Origin: Octopus vulgaris
Lineage: Eukaryota
DNA: 64,000 bases
Direction: 5' to 3'
Assembly (NCBI GenBank): GCA_951406725.2
Contig: OX597828.1
Span: 49,786,001-49,850,000, forward strand
In this document: in pieces, positions 1 to 12,600 of the stretch
Layout: every line of letters begins with the position of its first letter
How positions within the stretch are numbered: position 1 is the first letter of the stretch
Notes under the pieces: model-generated
The model's database searches: none
What the model was told of the DNA's origin: nothing
What the model saw: the letters and a program-made list of their open reading frames with translations, nothing else
Translations under genes and position numbers: made by a program

Positions 1-1269
1 TTTATAATTGTACTTATGTCTAATGAGTCCTCATTACCCCCAAGAATTTCATTTTTACTCCACTTGGGGTAATTTACCCCTGTTCACCAACCCCTGCTCT
101 ATGGATTCTCACAGAGATAGCTGTTAGTTCAGTGGTATCATGAGCAAGAGAACTATAACAACATGCCACATCACTTCCTGTAGGGATTCAAAATCAAAGC
201 CCCTACCTATATTGATGCACAACTGGGCATGGTAGTTAAGCCCTGGGTCATGTTCCAACAAGACTCTACTCCCCACATGGCCCCTGCAACCCAGGAATAA
301 ATTAGCTGAGAATTTTCACTTGTTTTACTCCCAACTCTTGTCTGGACCATTATATCTGGGGTACAATCGTTGAGAGGGAGACAAACCACAATATAAGGAC
401 TGCTGAAGGCTGCCATTGTAGACACAATGGGCAACAGGGATTAGAATCCCTATTCTGGCACAGAGCCACTTCCATGGTCACATCAAGATTGAGGATGGTT
501 TTACTGAATAACTTTTGTTTTTTAGATACCAAGGGGAATGTGTACTTTTCTTCAGTCTTTTTTTCCCTAATTACTTGTTGTACACACACACACACTCAAT
601 AGTGTGAAATGCAGTTAAACAAAAGAAACTATTAAATACTGATAGGTAGATTGATTATCATAGATATACACACATACACATACATCATGCCCTCTCATCT
701 CTCTGACACTCTCTCTCTCCTGTAGAACTCAATTACTTGTGCAATTAATCTCTTGGTTACACTGTCCTTAATGAGCTGAGATAACATAGTCAAGACTCTC
801 TAGATTTGTGGGACACAAAGCAACGACTTGTGTTGATGGCATGATAAAATGCATGTGGTAAACTCTAAGTGATTGGCAAATGGATTGAGGAAATACAGAG
901 TCAAGTGGACCCCTTTAGTTTGGCTAAGAACATAATATAAGTAATGTCTCTAGTGCTGGTGCCATACAAAAATAAGTATACTCTGTAAAGAGGCAGATAT
1001 TCAGAAAAGTATCCAGGTATATAGAAACCATGCTAAAAAGGGGATGCGTTGAGGTGTGCCACCTAAGAAAGTACTAACATGAAATAAGAACTGGCTTGGA
1101 TCAAGGACAACCAATCCAGCCCAAGGGGTCAGCAGGGGAAGTGGTTGTTGTATCACACATCCAGCAGATCTTAGCTTACTTTTCTTGAACCTCTCAGAGT
1201 TACCCACATGAGACTGATATATAATCTCATTATTCAGGCATTGTGAATAATGAGACCATAACCTGTGGC

Positions 1270-1845
1270 CTATGCCAGGAGCGTAACCAGCCCGCTTATG
1301 CGTACCTTTTCCTTCTTTGGTCACTAAACTCTGCTTGCAAAGACCTGTTGAGGCAAGTGAAATCAAAATCATTTCAATGACTGGCATTCGTGCTAGTGGG
1401 GTGCAAAGAGTACCATACAAATGTGATCGTTGACAGAGCGGCTATTCGAGTATGATCGTTACCAGCGTCGAATTACTGGCACTCATGCCTGTGCTAGTAG
1501 GGTACCAAGAGCACCATCCGAGTGTGATCGTTGCCAGAGCAGCCAACTGGCTTCCGTACCCATGGCACCATTCGAGTGTGATCGTTACCAACATCGCTCC
1601 ACTGGCACGTGTAAAAAGATTCAAGCGAGGTCATTGCCAGTACCACCTGACTGGCCCCTGTGCCAGCGGCACGTAAAATGCACCCACTATACTCTCGGAG
1701 TGGTTGGCGTTAGGAAGGGCATCCAGCTGTAGAAACTCTGCCAGATCAAGGTTGGAGTCTGGTGCAGCCATCTGGTTCGCCAGCCCACAGTCAAAAATCG
1801 TCCAACCCATGCTAGCATGGAAAGTGGACGTTAAACGATGATGAT
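1270..1845 (+). mobile_element. (ATG)n-tailed retroposon 3' end, family C, with internal tandem modules
   Basis: GTTGGCGTTAGGAAGGGCATCCAGCTGTAGAAAC core and CCATGCTAGCATGGAAA...GATGATGATG tail. Confidence 0.8.
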
Positions 1846-3835
1846 GTGATAGGAGAGAGGCACTAATAGCAACTATTTCTCATAGGTTATGAAATCATGT
1901 AGAAACCTCCCCGTTGGCTTGATGATAATTGGTAGTGAGACCCAAGTTGTTCAATGCTGACATTCAAAGACCTGTGCCTTAAGCATGAAACGAACATTAC
2001 ATATTCAGTAAATCACATCCATTTCTCTCTCATCTCAACAGATCTTCCACATCCAATACTCCATGTTCAAGCAAATCATACTCACCCCATTCACCCACAG
2101 ATCTTCCACATTGAATGACTCGTGTCTCACTACCATGTAGCATCAAGCTAACAAGGAAGTTTCTACATGATCTCTTAACCTACAGGAAATAGCAGCCATA
2201 TCTCCCTCAAATCACACCACATTTGGATAATGTAGTTGTACTTGCTCTCCCTCTCTCTTCTTCACCTGCAATTACTGCCTATCTCCCATCACAATGCCTG
2301 AATGATGAGGGATTACATCAGAACTCTTTATATCCAATGCATTTCACCGTTTACCCGACTCAGCTGCTTGCCACCACATCCTCTCTCACCCAAATTACTC
2401 TTTTACTGACATTCACCACTTTTACCATTGCCAATTCAACTTTCTATCACTTGCACACACACACACTCTCTCTCTCTCTCTCTCTCTTACTACTAATCAT
2501 GTAGTTGCCATTAGTGTGTCTCTTCCATAACCTTCTGCCATTACACACCTCATCATTCCTCTAGCACTATCTCTCCCATTTCTCCATTCCACCTTAAATC
2601 ATCTTTTGCAACTGCCCTATTTTTTCTATCCATTCTCTTGGTCATGTTGAAGACAACATTAAGCAGCAAAGATACTTTTGTCAGACAAAGCAACCTCATG
2701 TGCTGGTGCCACATTAATATGCACCCAGTAACTCTGTGCAGTGGTTGGTTACAACAGATACCAATGGACGATTGAGAAGCCTTTAGTCTTACAGAGGACA
2801 TGATATCCCTCTAATGCTGGTGCCACATAAAAATGCACTCGGTACACTCTGCAAAATGGTTGATGTTAGAAAGAGTATCATCCAGAAGCCATCATAATTT
2901 TAATGTCCACTTTTCCATGCTTGTTTGCGTTAAAATTTAAGACAGATTTTCTACAGTCAGATGCCCTTCTAGTCACGAACCTCAACCGGTTTCTAAGCAT
3001 TGGAAATGAATGACACTGCTTCTATGACAGACACATTTACAACCAACACACGATGTCATGACAAGGAGGCATACACATGGAAGCCTTTTTTCAGTTTCCA
3101 TCCACCAAATCTACTGCAAGGCTTTGATAGACCTCGGACTGTAGTAGAAGACACTTCCCCCAATGTGCCATGCAGTGGGATTGAACCCAAAACCATATGG
3201 TTGAGAAACAATCCTCTTAACCACACAGCCATGTCTGCACCTAAACTATCCCAAAATAAAATGTACAAAACAAGACGTCATCCCTCGACCACACCTAAAA
3301 GGAGAACAAGATTGAAAAAGAACTTTTAACAGATCACGATATCCAGCTGAATCAATGGAAAGCAGATGTAAGCTAACAATTATGATGATGGCCATGGGAG
3401 GAAGGTCTTTGATCCAAGTTAACCTAAGTTTACTTCATATGGTCAACCTCTTACAGAGAACACACTTTAAGGTCAAAACAAATAAGTCCTGAAACTTCAA
3501 TCCTTTCCTTACTCTCCCTACTATAGCATCATTACAATCACCCCCCAACATCAATAACAATGCCAGTGATTTATTCTCTAAAATACACTAATATTTCATA
3601 CCCACTCCTATACAATATTGCACTCCAGTCAATGATTTTTAATCACTACTTTAATAAGTAAAGTTAAGTGTATGCTTCACTGAAGAGATCTAACAAGACC
3701 AGAACATGTTCAGAGTGGTCTACTACACTTGTCAAAATTCAAATAGTGTTTATCATGGAATTAAAACTGTCATTTCCTTATGACTTTATCACAACATGAT
3801 TTATTTCTGATCACTTTTTTGAATAAGTTAACACA

Positions 3836-4220
3836 GGCGCAGGAGTGGCTGTGTGGTAAGTAGCTTGTTTACCAACCACATGGTTCTGGGTTCAGTCCCA
3901 CTGCGTGGCACCTTGGGCAAGTGTCTTCTACTAGGGCCTCAGGCCGACCAAAGCCTTGTGAGTGGATTTGGTAGATGGAAACTGAAACAAGCCTGTCATA
4001 TATATGTATGTATGTGTGTGTGTGTGTTTGTGTTTGTCCCCCTAGCATTGCTTGACAACTGATGGTGGTGTGTTTATGTCCCTGTCACTTAGCGGTTCGG
4101 CAAAAGAGACCGATAGAAAAAGTACTGGGCTTACAAAGAATAAGTCCCGGGGTCGAGTTGCTCGATTAAAGGCGCTGCTCCAGCATGGCTGCAGTCAAAT
4201 GACTGAAACAAGTAAAAAAA
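3836..4220 (+). mobile_element. tRNA-derived SINE, family A
   Basis: Head GGCGCAGGAGTGGCTGTGTGGTAAG (A box) and GGTTCAGTCCC (B box), internal (TA/TG)n, tail GACTGAAACAAGTAAAA; multiple copies in the window. Confidence 0.85.
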
Positions 4221-5409
4221 ATTTGGCAGAGTTGAGAAGGACATCCCATCCATAGAAACCATGCTAAAACAAAGAATGGACCCTGGTGCAGCTCTCCACC
4301 TTGGCCGCTCCAGTCAAACTGTCCAATCCATGCCAGCATAGAAAATGGACATTAAATGATGATGATGATGCTACAATGAGTTCAAATCAGATGAGAACAA
4401 CTTTGCCTTTCAGTACCAATCCAAGACAGGAGAATGAAGGAACTGTAAGGATGTCGGACCATATATCTTGTAGCATTTGTTTTGAGTTCAAATTTCACTT
4501 TGGCCTAGATCGGAACATATTAAACTCACCACCTGGTTTAACACCACCACGAGGAAATGTACAAGTTATAAGCACTATGTTGTTACTCATTGCAATGCTG
4601 CAGGTAAAAATAGTTGTTAATCATGAACATGCCTTCATAAATTGCTCAAAGTAAAAGTCTTTTTTCTTTATTAAAGTCTGTGTTGCTTGTCTATATGTTG
4701 AAAAACATACAGAAACATATATACACACAAACAATAAAAAAAATACTATATATATTTATATACTCATAATGTTGCATTGTGTTGACAGACTTGCACTTAC
4801 AATTCCTACATTTTTAATCAAAACCTGTTAGTTACTAAGGTGACAACACTACCTATTCATCTATCTCTCAACAATAACCTTTTCCCCTCTCTACATAGAT
4901 GTTGTTATGGAGAGGGAGAGTTCAGCTTGTCTTTTATAATACAAGATTTGGGGTCAGTCTTGCAGCCCCTATTAAAGAATCATGGGCACTATTTCCTCTC
5001 ACCCCAAAAGGAAAAAAAAAAACAGTGGTACCCAAAGTTTTATAACCCAGTTTCTCTGAAACTGAGAATGGTACGGTTCCTCATGAACCTTTGCAGGAAG
5101 AACATAGGCATTTAGGAAATTCCAAATATTCTTGGAAGAATTTGGTATAGTGGTTAGCATAGGGCTTTGGATGTGCACACACGTTAAGTGATAAGTAACT
5201 TCAGAACACCTGAATGGTCATGGCTGGAGAGCAGCCAGCTCTGAGTAAAAGGGCAGTGATGCTAGATGAAGACATAAGGGTTTCTACACATACTAAAACT
5301 TAGACACCATATGTAATTGGAAGGATTGCTGCCGTGTTTTTTTGATGCCATAAAAATTTCATGCCTTCCATTACTAAAACTCCAATGGAATGTAACTTGC
5401 TCAGACTGG

Positions 5410-5655
5410 ACTGCATAAACTTTTAAATAAGAACCTAAACTGCAGCAGGTTCATATTTAAACTGGCCAAAATATTCTACCTGTTTTGCGTTCAAATCAGC
5501 AAGACCTGGTCTCTCACGGCTACTCTATAATGTCATTCTAAAAATAAGCCATCTCATCACTGAGATCTCATAGCTACGAGATAATGCATGATTAATTCAA
5601 AACAATGTGAATAAATAAGCATTACATTTGACAGAATAATCTGAATTCTAAAAGG
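5410..5655. mobile_element. piggyBac-like MITE, inverted and degenerate
   Basis: Reverse-complement similarity to 38288-38508; ends ctaaaagg|ttaa. Confidence 0.6.
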
Positions 5656-6143
5656 TTAAAAGGTTTGGGTTGTACAACCCCCAAAATGATTACAAAACAT
5701 TCCCTGTAACTATCTACGTATAGGTCTCCCAAACATTCCAGATTTGTCATTTGCCAAGGGATACAAAAGCAAAACAACTTCCAACAGTTTGCTGGTTCCC
5801 AAACTACAAATGCCAATCATTGTCATTCAACATCCATTGTCCATGTTGGCAAGATGGAGAGCTGCACTGGACTCCAGACTGATTTGGCATGGTTTCTACA
5901 ACTGGATGCCCTTCCTAACACCAACCACTTTACAGAATGTACTGGGTGATTTGTTCAATGGACCCTAATCCCTGCATTGCAAATTTTAATTATGTACCAT
6001 AGATGCCCCTCCATTTACCAACCAACACTTTTTAGAAATAGCACAAATACCCCACACTATACTGTATTATATTGTATTTGTTTCATTAGTAAGACACTGA
6101 AGTCTCACTGACTCAGCCTACTTCCTTATAAATAGATATCATA

Positions 6144-6982
6144 TGAGATGATATCAAAAAGTTCCTGGACTAGTCATGTTTAATAAAAAAAATAACTTAT
6201 TTACCTCAGATTTAACACTATCTCCTTCAAAATAGTCACCTTGTGCAGTGATACATCGGTTCCAGCATTCCTGCCACTTTTGGAATCTGGTCTGGAAAGC
6301 ATTTTCCACAAGCAAATCAAAGACCTTCGGCAATTCGCTCTGGAACTTGACAACCATTGAGCTGCCTTTTCATTTTGGGAAAGAGGTGGAAGTCTGCAGG
6401 TGCTAAATCTGGCGAATGGGCTCGGTGCGGAAGTGATACCATGCTGGTTTTGGCGAGAAACCCATGAGTGAGGAGAGCTCAATGAAAGGGTCCATTGTCA
6501 TTGCAAAGAATACAACACTCAATTGGCGATCTGGCCGGGGTGGGTGTGGAAAATTCTCAATGGACTGTGGACGTCGAAAAAAAAAGACGAGCAGGCTCTT
6601 GATTGAGCTGCGGCCCTGTCATGCCTTCTTCGGTTGTGGAGATGAAGGCCTCTTACATTGCAATGACTGCTGCTTCATTTCATGGTCACACCCGTAGATC
6701 CAACTCTCATCACCGGTAATAATCCTTGGCATGAAGGACGGGTCATCAGCAGCACACCGACAAGAGATCTTGATAGACTTTAATGGGATGTCCATGACAA
6801 AATCTCAGACTACAGCATACACATGATTGCAAAGACACAAATTTCACAACTTGCAAAGAAAACACAGCGATGTCACTTGGCACACTTCCTCATGAACATC
6901 ACTGCTACTGTGCATGCAACCATGTGCTGTCACCTGTTGGTGTGCTACTGAATTAGTTCAGAAACTTTTCAATACCATCTCG
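6144..6982 (-). mobile_element. Degenerate, internally deleted mariner transposon
   Basis: About 29-bp imperfect TIRs (tgagatgatatcaaaaagttcctggacta / tagttcagaaacttttcaataccatctcg); transposase remnants SPDLAPADFHLFPKM and FQKWQECWNRCITAQGDYFEGD. Confidence 0.88.
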
Positions 6983-7029
6983 TTTATATAGCTTATTGTT
7001 GTGGCAGCAGAAAGGAGTGCTACCAGAAG

Positions 7030-8270
7030 GATGAAAGTCAGCAATGAATATAACATTGAAGGTAGGAGTTCACCAGGGCTTGGCTCTTAGTCCCCTTTTA
7101 TTTACCATAGTTCTCCAACCCATGACAGGGGAGTTTAAGAAGGGTTGCCTGTGGGAGCTCCTCTATACTGATGACCTTGTTCTTATAGATGAATCTATAG
7201 AACTAGAAAAGCACTTGGAGAGTGCAGACCTCCACAAAGCAGCTCATTTCCACCAGTTTACATGCATGCTGAGAATCGCCCAATTTCCCAAACCAAAGCC
7301 AGCAAAAACATAACCTCCTTGGCGGGGGGTAAAAAAAAAGCCCCTTTAAAAACAGGAATCATCTGAAGCAGTTCACAACCACCACCGTCATCAGCAACAT
7401 CGTCATTGCTTCCACTTCAACCACATACACCGCCATCAATGTTATCACAACGGTTACCTTGACAGTCACTTTTACCACCACAACCAGTATAACCACTGCA
7501 ATGCCATCATCACACAACTAACACTATCATCAACACCACAAGACCACCATCATACTGCTCCTGTCGCCATTATAACCACTGATGCTATTTTATCCTCCTC
7601 CCATACTTATCTCAACCATCATCATCATCAACACTGCCTCTAAACAGCAACGCCACCATAGGTTATGTGGAAACGATGAACATGTTTTCAAGGGAGATAA
7701 TCAAAGAATGTAACATAGTAAATACAGCAAGTGAAAAATCCTTCAAGAATCCATAAAAATTCCCAGATCACTACCAAATTTTCATCATCTGTTCCTTGTG
7801 TCACTACCAACTTTTCCTGCAAGTTTTATCAAATACCATTCACAAATTTTTGAGTTATTTTGTACAAAGATGGACAAACCAAGGCCAATGAAAATATAAC
7901 CGCCTTCCTTGGCGGAGGTAATTAGAGAAGAAATTCAAGGAGTGGAAGTAAAGCCTAGAATCAATGAGCTTTGTGAGCAACAAAAGGCTTCTTCTCACAG
8001 TGAAATACAGATTGTATGATGGCTATACACAGACAGCTACACTACAAGGCAGCGAAACAAGCTTCAAAGAAATGAAGCTAGCATGTTCCCCCTGGATGTA
8101 CAATGTCAGTGTGCACTTTTAACAACAAAGTGTGAGTTGAGAGAAAAACAGGGTATGAGAGGCATCAGATGTAGTGTGCAAGAAAGAAGACTGTGCTTGT
8201 ATGGTCATGTAAATAATGCATAACGATGACAACAGCTGCATAACAAAGCAATGATTGCAAGTGGTGAAAA
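7030..8270 (+). mobile_element. Degenerate RTE LINE fragment split by an insertion (about 7201-7923)
   Basis: VGVHQGLALSPLLF...LLYTDDLVL...ELEK, resuming at 7922 as LEKKFKEWK*SLES. Confidence 0.75.
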
Positions 8271-9194
8271 ATGACCCCTAAATTTTGAGCCTCACAGAGG
8301 AGATGACGAAGGACTGAGACACAATTGGGATTTGTGATGCTAGAGAAAACCCATCCAAGTAAAATCGAGGCCCTAAAGGTATGCCTGTGCACCTGTACAC
8401 AACCTATCCCCAACAAATCATCTTCCTAACACCCGCTTATTCCACCCATGTTCACCATTCACTGCATTCCCCTCTCCCTCCCCTTAACTTACCTGCACAT
8501 AATCCATCCCTGAAAAGTCTCTTCCACTCCCACAATGTATGTTCCTAACACCCCTTCCCACCACATGTGTTTACTCTCTGCATACCCCCCCCCCCCCACT
8601 TTCCTTTCTCTCGCTCACCTTATCCAATCGCTTAAACCACTTCACTTTTATACACCTCCCTGCAACTTGAGGGCAGACTCCTACAACAAGACACCTGCTT
8701 CTGTTCCTCTATCATACTCACCACTGCACAAAGTCACCTCCTCCAATACTAGAACCCTTACTTAGCTAAGGAGTCATGTCTTGCAAATTACTTGGCCTCA
8801 CTGGTGCTACATGAAAATGCACCCAGTACACTCTGTAGAATGGTTAGCATTAGGGAGCGCATCCAGCCACAGAAACCATGCCAAAACAGACAGTAGAGCA
8901 CTACACAGTCTACTGGCTTGCGAGCTCTCATCAAACTGTCCAATCCATGCCAGCATGGAAGGAGAACATTGAATGATTCAATTAGCATTCAATGCAGGGA
9001 TTTATTCAGTCAATAGGTCCCCTCTTTTGTTATATTACTGAGAAAGACCAAATCTTGGGTGGGACTTCAACAGATTCCTGGTACCCCCAATACATACTAC
9101 TGGCTCATTAAGAAAATTGATAATTATAAAAACAAACAAGATCACATTAAATAGAAACAAAATTTTCCCAGTGTTTTAAGAGAGAATTTGTCAT

Positions 9195-9200
9195 TTTATT
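9195..9200 (-). terminator. Candidate distal poly(A) signal of the U1A/SNF gene (a proximal AATAAA lies at 9465-9470)
   Basis: AATAAA on minus followed by U/GU-rich sequence at about 9165-9125. Confidence 0.5.
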
Positions 9201-9382
9201 GTCATTCTCTTATTTATATTTCAATATAAAAGAAAAATAAACAAATATCTCAGTTGGAAAAAAACGAACAAACAAAAACTATGAAACTGAAAGGAAGAAA
9301 TCTGTCAATGAGTTTTGGTAAGAATATTGTGAATTAGCTTCACCCCCACCACCCACCAAAATGAAGAATGTAAAATGAGAAT

Positions 9383-9410
9383 CCACCGTCGGATGGTGCA
9401 ATGACGATGG
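9383..9410 (-). promoter_or_regulatory. U1 snRNA stem-loop II-like hairpin (U1A/SNF binding site) in the U1A/SNF 3' UTR
   Basis: mRNA sense CCAUCGUC-AUUGCACCAUCC-GACGGUGG: 8-bp stem closed by C-G, loop begins with the U1A heptamer AUUGCAC. Confidence 0.75.
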
Positions 9411-9534
9411 CATTAATGCTGCTTACCATTCCATCTGGTAGCAAAGTTGTGCCGAATTTGATGGTTTATTTTGTAAGTTTTACCGAAATGCACCAAATCA
9501 CTTTCATCATATTTTTACTGTCTCCTTCCTTGTC

Positions 9535-9694
9535 TTACTTCTTAGCAAATGTGATTTTCATTGCATTGTTTGGTGTAATCTTGAAGCCTTGAAGTGCATC
9601 CTTTGCAGCACCAGCTTGCATTTCATTTTCAAATTCAACAAATGCAATATCATGTCGACCAGGCACCAAACGAACCTCTTTGAAACCAGGAAAT
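9535..9694 (-). CDS. SNRPA: U1A/SNF coding exon 6 (end of RRM2, stop)
   Basis: [55 protein letters not shown]. Confidence 0.96.
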
Positions 9695-12600
9695 CTAAAA
9701 GAAGAAAGGAAAAAAACCCATTAAAAAATCACTAGATAACATAGCTAGATAGCATAGCATATTTTGATAGATTACCCTCAGTAAAAAAAATAATTTTTTT
9801 TTAAAAGCATGGTTTTGTAAGCCACAAAACACTTGCTAATTTCACAATGATGCCACAGTGGTAGCTACTTACAGCAACATAGACTGAGCTGCCAACAGTT
9901 AAGTGTCTTGGTCATACATACAGTGCAGTGAGCTACACCACACTGTGGTAGCTATCGACAGCTAGGTGGACTCTGGACAGTGCACCTAGCTGTATCAATC
10001 TTGGTCATTGACACAGTATAGTAAAGTATACCATACTGTGGTACTTACTGTAAGGCTCATTGGGTTGACGACATTAGTCATAAACACAGTACAGAGTTAC
10101 ACTGCACTGGTACCCGCCTACAGCCAAGTGGACTGGACTGTTGACAGCTAAATGCCATTTCCACAGAAATAACAGAACCTGAGCAACTAATCTAGTCATC
10201 CATCTATTATCCAATCCAATGACCTTCACCTACCTCTTGTCATAAACATAGTACACAGAGCTACAACTAAGTGGACTGGATTGTTGACAGTTAAGTGCCA
10301 TTTCCACAGCAATAACAGGACACGAACAACCAATTAACTGCCTGTCCCATTATCCAATCTGGTGACCTCTTGTCATAAGTGCACAAGTCAAATGCTTCCA
10401 ATGTGAAACTAAGACTTACTGATTGAACAACATTGACAACATCATTTCTGTGGTTTCCTCAGGAAGGTTGGTTAAGAACAGAATTTGGTTAGGAGGCTGT
10501 TCTGGAATGGTATTTGGTGCTGCCAGATTTGTAGAATCTGCAATAGAAAACGGGGTGAATTAGTTACTAAACACAGCTACATGGAAATTTTTAGGCAGCG
10601 AGCTGGCAGAAATGCTTAGCGGTATTTCGTCTACCGCTATGTTCTGAGTTCAAATTCTGTCAAGGTCGACTTTGCCTTTCATCCTTTCGAGGTCGATAAA
10701 TTAAGTACCAGTTACGCACTGGGGTCGATGTAATTAACTTAATCCATTTGCCTGTCCTTGTTTGTCCCCTCTGCGTTTAGCCCTTTGTAGGTAGTAAAGA
10801 AATAGGTATTTCGTTTACTGCTACGTTCTGAGTTCAAATTCTGCCAAGGTCGACTTTGCCTTTCATCCTTTCAGGGTCGATTAAATAAGTACCAGTTACG
10901 CACTGGGGCCGATATAATCGACTTAATCCGTTTGTCCCCTCTGTGTGTAGCCCCTTGTAGGCAGTAAAGAAATACATTGGAATTTTTAAGAGATAAAGAT
11001 AAATACAGTGACAATGCCCAGCAAACAATAACGGGGTGGGGGGTGTTCCTTGTAGAAACTACTGAAATATTCTATTTACTTCCATCAGACATGATCAAAG
11101 ATGCTCTAGCCATGACCATTTACCAGATTTCTGCTGAAATATATTGGGTAGTCCACACTACTCTCTAAGGAGCATAGGGACAATTCCCTGGATTTTCTGG
11201 CGTCTACATTCCTCTCTGGACAGGATGCCGGTCTATCACAGGACTACTTGATTTTACCAGCTGCGTGGAATGGAGCAACAAAGAATGAAGTGTTTTGCCC
11301 CTAAACACAACACAATGCCCAGTCCAGGAACTGAAACCACAATCTTACAATCAGGAGTCCAACACCCTAATCACTAAGCCATTGCCTTCACATTGTTTAA
11401 ATCAATTTTTCTATTTGCTTAAGTCACAAATAAATAATGGATCAACCGATTAGGAACTGTCTTACTGATTCATGATCTCCTTTTTTTTTTTTAAACTACT
11501 TTTGAGACACTTCCAATGGTGATGGGCCTCCTGTATCAGACTGGAGTAATATCTTAAGTCATACCAATGTAAAAAAAACAAGTGGAGCCTGTACTGAAGC
11601 TCAATAAACTGTTGAGATCAATCAGTGCAGGGGGAACCCCATCCTATCTTAGATGTTAGAAGCAAAATCTCATTGGAAATATTATGTAACCCTTCCATCT
11701 ACTTTGTCATGTTTGCATGGGTTAGGGTGAATTCATTGAGGCAGTTTTTTAATGGCCAGGTGCTCTTCTTGTTACCAACACTCACTGGTTTTCATGCAAG
11801 GTAATATTTCCCCATGACCAGACATGCTTTACATGGAAGACTGGAAGCAAACGACATCACTTGTATGATGGTGATACGCATTTACAACCATCACAGGGTG
11901 TTGAGACATGAATACAAACACACACAACAGGCTTCTTTCAGTTTCTACCTACCAATCCACAAAGCTCCTCGGGTCTAGTTGAAGACATTTGCCTAAGGTG
12001 TTACGAAATGAGACTGAGTCCAAAACCAAATGGTTAGGAAGCAAGCTTCTTAACCACAAAGTGATGTCTACTCCTGCCAGTATTGGTTAACAGCCATTAC
12101 TCGGCCGATGGTACATTTATTGTGTTTTAATTGAAAGTTCCAAACAAGGCAAGGAGCCACTCAGAGTAAGGGAATATGAAGGAGAAATTAAGACGAAAGG
12201 AATGAATTTACTTTAGACTTGAAAGAGTTTAGGTCATAAAAATGGGGGAAAATAACGAAATGGAAGTTTGAGAAAAAAATAAAAGCTATGACCACAGGAA
12301 CACTTCCTTATTCAAGGAAAAACAACAACATTTGGATGAAGAAACTGAGTTTCAAGTATTGATAATGATGATGATGATGATTATACAGCATGAATGACAA
12401 ACAATCACTTACTTTGAACAACTGGCTGCTGTAATTGTTGTAGTACAGGTTGTTGAGGAACCGGTTGACCAGCCATTGCTGAAATAGGTTGGATGGGAGG
12501 TGGTACAACACCAGCTGCCTGGGCCCTGGAACAGAAACATAATTTACAATATCAGATCAATTAAAAAATAAAAAGGACATAAAAAGCTGTTTTTATCAAA

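Noticed and set aside
739-745. Another minus-strand AUUGCAC heptamer
   Set aside because: About 8.5 kb beyond the gene end and not in a C-G-closed hairpin; expected by chance
9532-9540. AA|GTAAGA donor-like sequence overlapping the U1A stop codon
   Set aside because: Arises readily from AAG TAA, and the protein already ends at the conserved FAKK terminus
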